Origin: a virus
Lineage: Duplodnaviria; Caudoviricetes
DNA length: 35,539 nucleotides
Direction: 5' to 3' (one strand)
Virus record (IMG/VR): IMGVR_UViG_3300032170_000067
Coordinates: 1 to 35,539 of that record
Part shown: in pieces, positions 1 to 8,578 of the stretch
Numbering within the stretch: the stretch's first letter is position 1
Layout: each line of letters begins with the position of its first letter
Notes under the pieces: model-generated
Databases searched by the model: none
Told to the model about the DNA's origin: nothing
Seen by the model: the letters and a program-made list of their open reading frames with translations, nothing else
Translations under genes and position numbers: made by a program

Positions 1-261
1 AGCTACCTTTATGTTTATTTTTCTTCTTCTTTCTATTAAATTCATAACTAATTAAATTTGGAGTTATAATAACTCTTTTTGCTTTTAGAACAACTTTTAT
101 CATATTAATTTTTTCTCTGATTTCCAAAAATAAATTATTTATTTCTTTAGATAGTTCTATATATGCTTCCCTTCTGCCATTTTCTAATGCATCTATTGAC
201 ATTTTTAAATCAAGTATATAATCAATTTCTCCTAATCTTTCTTCAAGTTTTAAAGCTCTTT
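1..261 (+). repeat. Terminal direct repeat, left copy (matches 35279-35539)
   Basis: Ungapped alignment at offset 35278; 207-261 identical to 35485-35539; about 23 mismatches in 1-206 by manual count. Confidence 0.95.
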
Positions 262-283
262 CTAATAATCTTTCTTTGCTCAT
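1..283 (-). CDS. Hypothetical coiled-coil protein, runs off the window edge (allele of the 35223-35539 ORF)
   Basis: Manual translation MSKERLLERALKLEERLGEIDYILDLKMSIDALENGRRE...; ATG at 283 with upstream AAGGA. Confidence 0.7.
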   Translation of the reverse strand, partial: MSKERLLERALKLEERLGEIDYILDLKMSIDALENGRREAYIELSKEINNLFLEIREKINMIKVVLKAKRVIITPNLISYEFNRKKKKNKHKGS

Positions 284-292
284 CTTTAATCC

Positions 293-805
293 TTAATTAT
301 TAAAATATAATTTCTCTCTTAAGGAATCATTCTCTAAAGATACTTTATGAAATAATTTTTTCAAATCCTTATCATTAATTTTCTTTTTATGAAACTTCTT
401 TGGTTTTTTAATTTCAACTACATAATAATCATTTCTTTTTTCTATCAAATATGCCCCATACATTGTATTTTTTATATAATCAATTAAAGTATTTTCAAGC
501 CCTTCGACTACTACAAAACTAAATTCATTTGGAAATAAATATGGTAATTTATTTAACATTTTTCTATGTTTCCACCATTTTGCACTACTATAGATTTTTC
601 TTTTTATACCCTTTGTAATATTTTCAATTATTCTTAATTCTCTTAATAAATCAGATTTATTAGTTTTAAGTTCAAATTCAGATACATAAAAAGTTCTTTT
701 CACCCCTATAACATCTGCTCCTTCAAATTCTGTAACAACACCAAGATAATTTTTTTCATATAGAATCCAATTTGTAACTATGGATTTTGCTTTATTAATA
801 TTCAT
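293..805 (-). CDS. Putative PD-(D/E)xK nuclease-fold protein (MmcB-like)
   Basis: ADVIG...EFELKTNKSDL motif. Confidence 0.5.
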   Translation of the reverse strand: MNINKAKSIVTNWILYEKNYLGVVTEFEGADVIGVKRTFYVSEFELKTNKSDLLRELRIIENITKGIKRKIYSSAKWWKHRKMLNKLPYLFPNEFSFVVVEGLENTLIDYIKNTMYGAYLIEKRNDYYVVEIKKPKKFHKKKINDKDLKKLFHKVSLENDSLREKLYFNN

Positions 806-951
806 TTTTCATCTTTTTTTTCTTTTAATTTCTTTTCTACAATTTTTTCAATTTTCTTTTCAAGTTGTTTCTCTTCATATTCTTTTATCATTACATTTGT
901 TACAGCTAATTCATGGACCAATTTAAAGAAACTAGGAGTTCCAATTCCCAT
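802..951 (-). CDS. Small hypothetical protein, 49 aa (not in ORF track)
   Basis: MGIGTPSFFKLVHELAV...KDEK*; GGAGG RBS; ATGA overlap with the next gene. Confidence 0.65.
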   Translation of the reverse strand: MGIGTPSFFKLVHELAVTNVMIKEYEEKQLEKKIEKIVEKKLKEKKDEK

Positions 952-1380
952 TTATTTCACCTCCTCATTTACTTCAAATTTTTTAACTTTCCCTAATTCT
1001 AATAATAATTCAGTAATTTTTTTATCTTGATCATCTATTGTTTTTAATAAATCTAATAAATCATTTGTTGGCATTAAACTAAAATTTCCATAATAATCAT
1101 ATTTAAAATAAAGTATCCACTTTGTATAATTAGCCAAACACTCCTTAATGTGTTCTTTAATAATTAATCTCTTTTCGTGCTTACATTCATGAGCATAATC
1201 TTTAAGAATTGTTGTAAAAAAGAAACAAAGATCACCTGGGAATTGTGAAAATGCACCACTTCGAGGAGTTCTCATAACATCTTTATTATATTTTTTGCCC
1301 CATTTATCTGCTATTGCATGACCTATTTCCCTTTCGTATGCTTTCCCTCTTTTTATTCTTAGTTTTTCTTTTTTGCCCAT
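952..1380 (-). CDS. Putative Holliday junction resolvase (Hjc-like PD-(D/E)xK)
   Basis: KRGKAYERE...RTPRSGA...GDL...HECK motif order; located at the end of the replication block. Confidence 0.7.
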   Translation of the reverse strand: MGKKEKLRIKRGKAYEREIGHAIADKWGKKYNKDVMRTPRSGAFSQFPGDLCFFFTTILKDYAHECKHEKRLIIKEHIKECLANYTKWILYFKYDYYGNFSLMPTNDLLDLLKTIDDQDKKITELLLELGKVKKFEVNEEVK

Positions 1381-1406
1381 TTAGTCTCCTTATTTTTTCC
1401 AGAATT

Positions 1407-2789
1407 TTATAACATACTATCCTGCACATATTCGATTGCTGATAATCTTGCCTTAGCAATTTCTACATATTTTTTATTTATTTCAAATCCTAAATATCTT
1501 CTATTTAATAATTTACAGGCAATAGCAGTAGTTCCCCAACCAATAAAAGGATCAAGATTTATATCTCCTTCTCTACTACCAAGCATGATAAGATAAAACA
1601 TGAGTTTAATCGGTTTAACAGTTGGATGATAATTTTTGATATCCATATTTTCTAATCCCCTTTTCTTCTCACTCTTACTTGCTTTAGGAACTATTAAGAA
1701 AGGAAAGGTATCTTTAACTCCTTTTGAAACTGCCCATTTATCTAAATCAAAGTAGCGAGAATATGAACCTTTATCTTCTACTGAAGAATAGATTGATTTT
1801 GGTGGTATTCCTTTTCCACCACCATAAATTTTTTGTTTTATTTTATTATCCCTTAAACCTGCTTTACTTCTCGTAATTTTCCCATTATTTAACACATCAT
1901 CACTAACTAATAGATTTGCAGGAAAACGACCTTTTAAATCACTTCTAATATTTCTAATAAATTTATTGTTTTTTCCTTCTGAATATGTTTGAAATCCTTT
2001 GCTTGTTGTCTGTCTTTCACTTTGTCCATCTTTTTTATCCTTTTCACTCTCATAAGGTATTCTCCCATCATCTAACCAAGTTATTCCCTTCTTATTCTTT
2101 AATGCTTGATCAATATAAGTTTTTTCAGATAATGGTTTCATAGCAACAATAATAACTTCTACTGCTGGTTTTGGTTGGAATCCACCATAAGAACCTTCTA
2201 ATTTTTTAGCTTGTGGAGAAACTACTTTATGTCGCATCTTATCTCGTTCTTCACCTTGTGGTGTAGGATCTGGTAAATTTCTATTACCATATTCTCCTGC
2301 TGTTTTAAATCCAACTCCTTCTTTAACTTTTATTCCTAATCTCTTGTCTATCATTTTCCCTATATTCATTGCTTTAGGAAATCCTGATGCATAAGTCCAA
2401 TAGATAGAAGAAAATCCCATAAAGAATCCTGATTTAGTTAAATCCATAAGCACCTGACTTAAACTATCTTGTCTTGGCGTTGTCATTATAAAAGCAAAAG
2501 CACCTGGTTTTAATACTCTTAAACTCTCTTTCCATACTTCTATTGGTGGTAATACATCCCACTCTTTTCCCATAAAACCTTTTTTAATTCTTGATTGTTG
2601 TCTTAAAAATGGAACTTCCCTACCATAACTTCCTTCTTTTGTTTGATCTGGTCTGGCTCTGGAAGTAGAACTTAATTGATAAGGAGGATCGGTTACTATT
2701 AAATCAATAGAATTATCTGGAATTTCTTTTATCAATTCCATACAATCGCCACAATATATTTTGTCTAGTTCAAATTTGCCTAATTTCAT
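1407..2789 (-). CDS. DNA amino-methyltransferase (N6-A/N4-C, beta class)
   Basis: IVTDPPY catalytic motif near the N-terminus; HPTVKP; LDPFIGWGTT SAM-binding motif near the C-terminus. Confidence 0.92.
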   Translation of the reverse strand: MKLGKFELDKIYCGDCMELIKEIPDNSIDLIVTDPPYQLSSTSRARPDQTKEGSYGREVPFLRQQSRIKKGFMGKEWDVLPPIEVWKESLRVLKPGAFAFIMTTPRQDSLSQVLMDLTKSGFFMGFSSIYWTYASGFPKAMNIGKMIDKRLGIKVKEGVGFKTAGEYGNRNLPDPTPQGEERDKMRHKVVSPQAKKLEGSYGGFQPKPAVEVIIVAMKPLSEKTYIDQALKNKKGITWLDDGRIPYESEKDKKDGQSERQTTSKGFQTYSEGKNNKFIRNIRSDLKGRFPANLLVSDDVLNNGKITRSKAGLRDNKIKQKIYGGGKGIPPKSIYSSVEDKGSYSRYFDLDKWAVSKGVKDTFPFLIVPKASKSEKKRGLENMDIKNYHPTVKPIKLMFYLIMLGSREGDINLDPFIGWGTTAIACKLLNRRYLGFEINKKYVEIAKARLSAIEYVQDSML

Positions 2790-2792
2790 TTC

Positions 2793-3215
2793 TTATTTTA
2801 ATCTCCGAAATATTGAAATTATAGAAGTATTTGTGAATGCCCCATCCTGTCTTACTATTGTTTCTTCTAATTCCACTAACTTACTTGTTGGTATCCAATA
2901 AGCGTTGTATATTATTCTCCCTCCAATTTTACAAACCCTTACACACTCAAAAAAGGGTTGCCATCTATCAAAATATCCAATTTTCCACGGCGGATCCTCA
3001 ATAACTGTGTCAAAAGTTTCATCTTCAAAAGGCAATTTTTTCATATCAGCTTTAATAATTGATTTATCTTTTGGATCTAAATCTACTTTTATATCTCCTA
3101 ATTTAGATATTCCTGCACAAACATTTAAAGAATATCCTATAATTTTATTTTTAATAAATTCTTCTACTGTTTTATTCCAAATCCAACTTTCTTTTAAAGT
3201 AACTTTATTTTTCAT
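2793..3215 (-). CDS. Minimal SAM-dependent (probably DNA adenine) methyltransferase
   Basis: LNVCAG motif I, ADMKKLPFEDETFD, DPPW motif IV in only 140 aa. Confidence 0.75.
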   Translation of the reverse strand: MKNKVTLKESWIWNKTVEEFIKNKIIGYSLNVCAGISKLGDIKVDLDPKDKSIIKADMKKLPFEDETFDTVIEDPPWKIGYFDRWQPFFECVRVCKIGGRIIYNAYWIPTSKLVELEETIVRQDGAFTNTSIISIFRRLK

Positions 3216-3408
3216 CTTTCTCTTCTTCTTTTTCCTCTAATTCACTTTCAGGTATGATTTCTCCACAATTTTTACATTTAACGATACTTCCAATATCATT
3301 ATTACCACCTAAAATAATTATCTTGTCCGATTTGCAATAAGGACATATTAATCCTTCACTTGCATAATGAAATTTATTATCCATTGAAATTTTTAGATTT
3401 TGCCTCAA
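3205..3408 (-). CDS. Small zinc-ribbon protein
   Basis: CPYC...CKNC; true start may be the internal MDNKF. Confidence 0.7.
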   Translation of the reverse strand: MRQNLKISMDNKFHYASEGLICPYCKSDKIIILGGNNDIGSIVKCKNCGEIIPESELEEKEEEKDEK

Positions 3409-4324
3409 TTTTTTTTAATGCTTTATCCATTTTCTTTCTAAATTCCGGAGGCATTGGTGTAGATTTTTCATCATCCTCTGCCTTAAAATATTCTGGTTTT
3501 TTTACAGGTTTGTTTTTATCTATGTAATTTATCCATACTGATCCTTTTTCTAAAAATTCAGGAAGTCCATTTTTTTGTTTTAAAAATTTATCTAATCTCC
3601 AAATATGTGTATAAAAGTAATCTTCATCTGAGTGAATTATTGAATAATTTTTAATAGCCTGGATTATTTTATCTTTGCCATATTTCTTATAAGCTTTTTT
3701 TATTTCTTCAATTAGATTATCTGTTAATTTATGTTTTATTATTTTTTTGGAATTCCAAAAATCTAAAATATGTATATATTTTTTATTTCGTCTTTTATAT
3801 TCTTCTTCTGGTTCTTTTTTATAAAGTTTATCTATAATAGATTGATCTTTTTTGCTATATTTATTATTTTTATCTTTATCTCTTTCTCTTTCTTCTTCTA
3901 TATCTATATCTCTTTCTATACCGCACTTTGCGTTATCACTTTTAGATGTAACTTTATGTTGTAACTCTTTATCCTTTCTTTTCTTATGTTCTTTTCTGTA
4001 TTTTTTTTGTCTTTGATATTCTGATTGATATTTTTTCCAATTTAATATCTGAATCATATTGTTTTTAGATACTTTAATTTTTTCATGTTTAATCATCTTT
4101 TTTATACTTCTGTTTATAAGTTCGGTATCACATTTTAATAAACTTGCCAACTGTTTATTAGAAAATCCCATTTCTTCTGTTACACAGATTTTGCCTTCCA
4201 TAGCATTATCCCCAGCAAGTAATAGAAACCCAAACCATATAAATCTTTCGTCAGGCAATAATTCAATAAAGCAAGTTCCTCGCAAGGTTTGATCTACATA
4301 AAGCTTAATCCAGTTTCTTCTCAA
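3377..4324 (-). CDS. Phage replication initiator / replisome organiser
   Basis: N-terminal WIKL and ILNWKKYQ motifs, charged linker ERDIDIEEERERDKD, C-terminal helical domain; GTG/TTG-type start with GGAG RBS. Confidence 0.8.
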   Translation of the reverse strand: MRRNWIKLYVDQTLRGTCFIELLPDERFIWFGFLLLAGDNAMEGKICVTEEMGFSNKQLASLLKCDTELINRSIKKMIKHEKIKVSKNNMIQILNWKKYQSEYQRQKKYRKEHKKRKDKELQHKVTSKSDNAKCGIERDIDIEEERERDKDKNNKYSKKDQSIIDKLYKKEPEEEYKRRNKKYIHILDFWNSKKIIKHKLTDNLIEEIKKAYKKYGKDKIIQAIKNYSIIHSDEDYFYTHIWRLDKFLKQKNGLPEFLEKGSVWINYIDKNKPVKKPEYFKAEDDEKSTPMPPEFRKKMDKALKKIEAKSKNFNG

Positions 4325-4334
4325 TTAATCCTCC

Positions 4335-4601
4335 TTAGTTTCTTATTTCCTTAATGGAATTTATTTCTTCTTTGCGATACAGATCGGTTATTAAACAATC
4401 CAGTATTCTTGCTATATTCAATAAAATATCAAAGCTAGGCAAAACAAGACCTGTTTCCATCTGGGACAATAAAGCTCTATTAATATTTAGCTTGTCGGCT
4501 AGTTCCTGTTGCGAAATTCCCCTCTCTTTTCGTATTATTGAAATTGCATATTTATTGGATCTTTTAAGTCTTTTATTCATATTTGGTAATCTACTATGCA
4601 T
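4335..4601 (-). CDS. XRE/Cro-family HTH regulator
   Basis: IRKERGISQQELADKLNINRALLSQMETG...PS...IARILD. Confidence 0.9.
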   Translation of the reverse strand: MHSRLPNMNKRLKRSNKYAISIIRKERGISQQELADKLNINRALLSQMETGLVLPSFDILLNIARILDCLITDLYRKEEINSIKEIRN

Positions 4602-4618
4602 ACTATCTAAAGACGCGT

Positions 4619-4635
4619 GTTAACATATTGTTAAC
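4619..4635. promoter_or_regulatory. Perfect 7-3-7 palindrome GTTAACA-TAT-TGTTAAC, candidate operator
   Basis: Intergenic, directly upstream of the XRE gene. Confidence 0.5.
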
Positions 4636-4700
4636 TTTAAATAGGGTTAAATTTTAAATACCTTTCTTTGATTATTTTGTAAGAAATTTTAATTACTTCT

Positions 4701-5471
4701 TTAAATATCAAATAATGTAGCTTGTTTTTGTTTACTCTTTTCATATATCCACCATTTCATTACATCTTCTGGAGTTTTCCAACTATTTGTAATTCCTTTT
4801 TCTTCTCTATGTTTTATCATTTTTTTAAATGCTAATAGATAAGCATTATAAAATTTAGGATATCTTTTCTTGTGTTTTAATTTATCCCTTAACGGTATCA
4901 TTGGACACATAATACAGCCGATTCTTTTAAAACCTTCGTCATATAAACTGCAATATTTTAATTTGTATTTTTTTATAAATTCCCAGACATCTTGTTCTGA
5001 CCAATCAATAATTGGATGTAAAAATTTTTTAGTTTTTCTTGTCTTACAAACTTCAACCATTTTTCTTTTTTTTCTTTTCCAACTTTCTTGCCATCTATTA
5101 CCAGTAATTACTGTTCTTCCAACACCACCTCGTTCTTTTAAATAACGACAACAATATCTTACAATTTTTGTTGGTGGCATAGTTTCTCCGGATATTAAAA
5201 CAAACATACTTTTCTTCGGTCTTTCCCATATTACATTCGGATAATTTTTTCTTATAAATCTTACTAATTCTGGAGGATCTACCGTAGTAACATTATAATG
5301 TGCATCAAACTTAACCCCAGACATTTTGGCAATTTCATAAATAACAATGCTATCCTTACCACCACTAAAAGCTAAATAATATCCCTCTTTGGGCTCAAAA
5401 TATTTTAGTCTTTTAATTGCTATTTGAATTTTGTCTCTTTTACCTTCTAATGTAAATTCAATTAAACTCAT
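4701..5471 (-). CDS. PAPS reductase-family (PP-loop) protein
   Basis: AFSGGKDS, RYCC, ITGNRWQES, HPIIDWSE, RIGCIMCP. Confidence 0.9.
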   Translation of the reverse strand: MSLIEFTLEGKRDKIQIAIKRLKYFEPKEGYYLAFSGGKDSIVIYEIAKMSGVKFDAHYNVTTVDPPELVRFIRKNYPNVIWERPKKSMFVLISGETMPPTKIVRYCCRYLKERGGVGRTVITGNRWQESWKRKKRKMVEVCKTRKTKKFLHPIIDWSEQDVWEFIKKYKLKYCSLYDEGFKRIGCIMCPMIPLRDKLKHKKRYPKFYNAYLLAFKKMIKHREEKGITNSWKTPEDVMKWWIYEKSKQKQATLFDI

Positions 5472-5851
5472 TTGATTACTTTCATATCTTCTTCTATTAC
5501 TTTATAAAAAATTCTATCTACACCTATTTCTAAAAAATTTAATCTTTTAGCAACCTGGTATGATAGATCAAATTCCCTACCATCTATGAATGGACCTCTA
5601 TCATTACATCTTGCAATTACAGTTTTCCCTTTATAATAAAATTTAACCATTGTTCCAAATTTCATAGTCTTGTGAGCAAATGTTAAACATTCATGATTAA
5701 AAATTTCACCATTCGCTGTCAATTTTCCATAATGATATGATCCATACCAACTTGCTACTGCCAAATCATATTCTCTTACTTCTCCACCACCTATTATTAA
5801 GCAGCTAGTTGCAGAAGTAAGAATTAATGTAAGCGATATTAACGATTCCAT
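5468..5851 (-). CDS. RlpA-like double-psi beta-barrel lytic transglycosylase with N-terminal hydrophobic segment
   Basis: ASWYG...TANGE...AHKT...NDRGPF...DLS. Confidence 0.9.
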   Translation of the reverse strand: MESLISLTLILTSATSCLIIGGGEVREYDLAVASWYGSYHYGKLTANGEIFNHECLTFAHKTMKFGTMVKFYYKGKTVIARCNDRGPFIDGREFDLSYQVAKRLNFLEIGVDRIFYKVIEEDMKVIK

Positions 5852-5974
5852 TTACTTTATAAATTTTTAACTCCTTTTTAATGGAGCAATCAGGAAATGA
5901 TAAAGGGTACTTAATAAAATATAGGTCACTACTAATATTTTATCCTTCAAATCCCTTTTGCTCCATTTGTTATT

Positions 5975-6325
5975 TTATAAATTTATTTTTTCTTCTTCTG
6001 TTTTTCTTTCTACCAATCCTTGTCCAACTAAAATATCCATAATAAAAGCTATACCACCACTTTCTTCATCTGACCAATCGCATTCTATTTTATTGTCCTT
6101 TGTCCATACACCATATTTTCTTAATCTTTTACCAACAGTTTTAACAAAATCTTCATCTAAAGATAAAAATTTTGCTATTTCAGTATCATTTGGTCCTTTT
6201 TCTAATGAAGCCAACAGAATATAACCAACCTGATTATCTTTTGAATTGATATCTTTGTCTCCTGTCGTTTCCATTACTGCTTCTTTGATTTGTTTCTTTG
6301 TCAATGATTTTATTTTCTTACTCAT
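5975..6325 (-). CDS. Hypothetical protein
   Basis: ORF with AGGAG RBS in a tightly packed operon. Confidence 0.7.
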   Translation of the reverse strand: MSKKIKSLTKKQIKEAVMETTGDKDINSKDNQVGYILLASLEKGPNDTEIAKFLSLDEDFVKTVGKRLRKYGVWTKDNKIECDWSDEESGGIAFIMDILVGQGLVERKTEEEKINL

Positions 6326-6341
6326 TTATTTCATCTCCTTT

Positions 6342-6503
6342 TTATATTTCTAAAACATCTACTAATACAAAAAATATGAGTATAAAAAAAATTATTCCAA
6401 CCACAATTGTAAAGAAGAATGGTATCCCAAACCTTTGAGTTGCCAAATGATAAACAACGACAATAAAAATTGAGCTTACTAAAGAGATCAAAAAAGATTT
6501 CAT
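6342..6503 (-). CDS. Small two-helix membrane protein, 53 aa (replaces the 6331-6552 call)
   Basis: AAGGTG RBS then MKSFLISLVSSIFIVVVYHLATQRFGIPFFFTIVVGIIFFILIFFVLVDVLEI*. Confidence 0.65.
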   Translation of the reverse strand: MKSFLISLVSSIFIVVVYHLATQRFGIPFFFTIVVGIIFFILIFFVLVDVLEI

Positions 6504-6563
6504 TTTTCACCTTCTTTTGGCTTCCATCTCCAACATTTTTTAAGAATTTCAAACCATTTTTCT

Positions 6564-6785
6564 TTATTCATTTTTCCTTCCTATATAGCTTCTAAGTTTA
6601 GGATTAGGTTTTGGTTTTTCCTTTCTAATTCTGTTCATTTCATCTATTACTTCATCAAAAAATTCAGCAACTTTTTTCTGATATCTCCTTTTCTCTAATA
6701 TTGTTCCTAATAGAAAACCAATTATAAAAATAAAAACACCGAATATGATCCTAATGATTAGAATAATTAAAAATTCTATCTTCAC
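6564..6785 (-). CDS. Small membrane-anchored hypothetical protein
   Basis: Hydrophobic N-terminus, AAGGAG RBS. Confidence 0.7.
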   Translation of the reverse strand: MKIEFLIILIIRIIFGVFIFIIGFLLGTILEKRRYQKKVAEFFDEVIDEMNRIRKEKPKPNPKLRSYIGRKNE

Positions 6786-6796
6786 TTTTTCTCCTT

Positions 6797-7000
6797 TTAA
6801 ATAAAGATTAAATCTTCAGGTCTTGTTGCTATTGCTGTATAATCCTGAAATTTATTCCAATTACCAGCACATTTATATACAACAAAAATGTATTTATTAT
6901 TCCAGGATTTTAATTTGCCTGTTGCTTTCAGTCCTGAAGATGATGTATGTTCTACCCATTTACCAATATCTTCTTTTTTTAATTTCTTTATATCTATCAT
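6797..7000 (-). CDS. Hypothetical protein
   Basis: ATGA overlap with the upstream ORF. Confidence 0.7.
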   Translation of the reverse strand: MIDIKKLKKEDIGKWVEHTSSSGLKATGKLKSWNNKYIFVVYKCAGNWNKFQDYTAIATRPEDLIFI

Positions 7001-7197
7001 TCTTTATCCATCTCCAATAGTTTTTTTGCTTTACTTACTAAACTGTGAATAATTTCTAATTTATCGATTGTATTATTCATCTTAGTTTCTAAATCGAATA
7101 CTCTTATTTTTAATGAAGCTAAAAATGATTTATTCCTATCTCTTTCTATTTTTAGGTTTGCTATTTCTTCTTTTATTTCTTTTAATTCTTTTTCCAT
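6997..7197 (-). CDS. Small coiled-coil protein
   Basis: Heptad pattern; purine-rich RBS. Confidence 0.65.
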   Translation of the reverse strand: MEKELKEIKEEIANLKIERDRNKSFLASLKIRVFDLETKMNNTIDKLEIIHSLVSKAKKLLEMDKE

Positions 7198-7633
7198 TTT
7201 TATCCCTTTTTTTAATGGATAGGAGAGAAAAGGTGCAACCGATTGAGGTGGCTCTCCTATCCTTATATATCAAAGAAAGTTTAGGTTTTTTTTCATTTTT
7301 ATAATATTTGCGAAATGCTTGCTTTAAAGCGAATGCTCTATCTATTATTTTTCCTGATCTTGACATTAGCTCTTCATGTGCTTTTTCCATTACTTTTTTA
7401 TCTAAAATAAAAAAAATCCCAGAATCTGACTTTGATAATGAGCCAATTGGAATGTAATGTTCCCTTACTAAATGACTAATAAGTGCTCTTAATTCTCTGG
7501 GATTCATCCCTAACCGTGTTGCTAGTAGTTTATGTGGAATTGCATTTTTCTTTCCACTATGGAATTTTTTAAGATGATTAATGCATCTATATTCAATTTG
7601 CTCTTTAAATCTAAATTCTGGCTTACTTCTCAT
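7136..7633 (-). CDS. Winged-HTH DNA-binding protein (C-terminal ~40 aa doubtful)
   Basis: AIPHKLLATRLGMNPRELRALISHL...PIGS...GIF. Confidence 0.65.
   Translation of the reverse strand: MRSKPEFRFKEQIEYRCINHLKKFHSGKKNAIPHKLLATRLGMNPRELRALISHLVREHYIPIGSLSKSDSGIFFILDKKVMEKAHEELMSRSGKIIDRAFALKQAFRKYYKNEKKPKLSLIYKDRRATSIGCTFSLLSIKKRDKNGKRIKRNKRRNSKPKNRKR
7217..7262. repeat. 11-bp perfect inverted repeat with 24-nt loop
   Basis: GGATAGGAGAG (7217-7227) / CTCTCCTATCC (7252-7262). Confidence 0.8.
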
Positions 7634-8578
7634 TTATTTTCCCAAATTTACTATTTTTGACTTCCAGTATTTTGATGGCTTAACTTCATATCCTTTTCTT
7701 TCAATATATTTTCCTGTAATTAGAAAATCTCCGATCATTAACCTTTCTTTTCCCTCAATTTTCTTTTTAATTTCCCTATCAAGTTCTCTATATTCTTTAA
7801 CTACTAGAGATAGTTCCTCCCTTCTTATTAGTTTTTGCTCAAATTCAGAGTCATCAATTATTTCCATAGGTTGAGCTTTAATTTCAGGAAGGCAGATATG
7901 CAAAAATGAACAATATTGGCAGGTATCATAATCAGAAATACATTCTGGAATAGTCCCTTCTGCAACATGTTTTTCAATCCTTTCTGTTTTTTTAAGTATT
8001 TTATCCATATAATCTAGATCAAGATCTATCCAGATTAGTTTCGGTTGAAATCCAGGAATACTTTTTATATAGAAAAAGCCCCGCTCCTCACCTTTGATAT
8101 AAAGATAAGTCATAAGTTGGGCAGGATATTTTCTTATCCAGACTTTTTTAGAGTTAAAAAAATCTTTTAATGAATTTAAGCTATCAAAGTCATATTTATT
8201 TAATCCTTTAATTTCACCTGTATAAACTTTTCCATCTCCAAAATCTACTCTTATATCTATATGTCCTGTTATTCTTGGTCTCGACTCAGCAATTGCTCTG
8301 TCGGGTTCTGGTCTATAAACTCTAAAACCAGCATCTTCAAAATCCTTTAGTGCAAGTTCTTCAACCAATCTTCCACCTTCAAAAACAAATTCTAATCCTG
8401 CATCATGTGGTGTCTGATCCTGCCAACGAGTAATAGAATAAACTAAGAAGCGTTCGCAGGGATGACCTATTTGAGATGCTCTTACTGTATGACAAGGATA
8501 GATTTTAATTTTTTTTCTTTTGGCTTCAATAATTTGTGATATTACATCATTCATTGCTTTCCTTTTTTCCCTTTTCAA
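7634..8578 (-). CDS. Cas4-like / RecB-family exonuclease with probable Fe-S cysteines (likely start 8554)
   Basis: RASQIGHPCER, GHID...EIK, QLMTY, CQYCSFLHIC. Confidence 0.8.
   Translation of the reverse strand: MKREKRKAMNDVISQIIEAKRKKIKIYPCHTVRASQIGHPCERFLVYSITRWQDQTPHDAGLEFVFEGGRLVEELALKDFEDAGFRVYRPEPDRAIAESRPRITGHIDIRVDFGDGKVYTGEIKGLNKYDFDSLNSLKDFFNSKKVWIRKYPAQLMTYLYIKGEERGFFYIKSIPGFQPKLIWIDLDLDYMDKILKKTERIEKHVAEGTIPECISDYDTCQYCSFLHICLPEIKAQPMEIIDDSEFEQKLIRREELSLVVKEYRELDREIKKKIEGKERLMIGDFLITGKYIERKGYEVKPSKYWKSKIVNLGK

Noticed and set aside
1-206. Diversity-generating retroelement TR/VR pair from the divergent terminal repeats
   Set aside because: Mismatches involve all four bases rather than adenines only, and there is no reverse transcriptase.
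2707-2723. ATAGAATTATCTGGAAT resembling a left-donor/core/right-target hybrid junction
   Set aside because: It needs a 1-nt insertion and encodes the conserved methyltransferase motif IPDNSID, so coincidence is likely.
6331-6552. 73-aa ORF from the track
   Set aside because: Odd composition and no RBS; an overlapping frame (6342-6503) has an RBS and a coherent membrane protein.
7634-8578. CRISPR-Cas locus suggested by the Cas4-like gene
   Set aside because: No repeat-spacer array or other cas gene was seen; the context is a phage recombination module.
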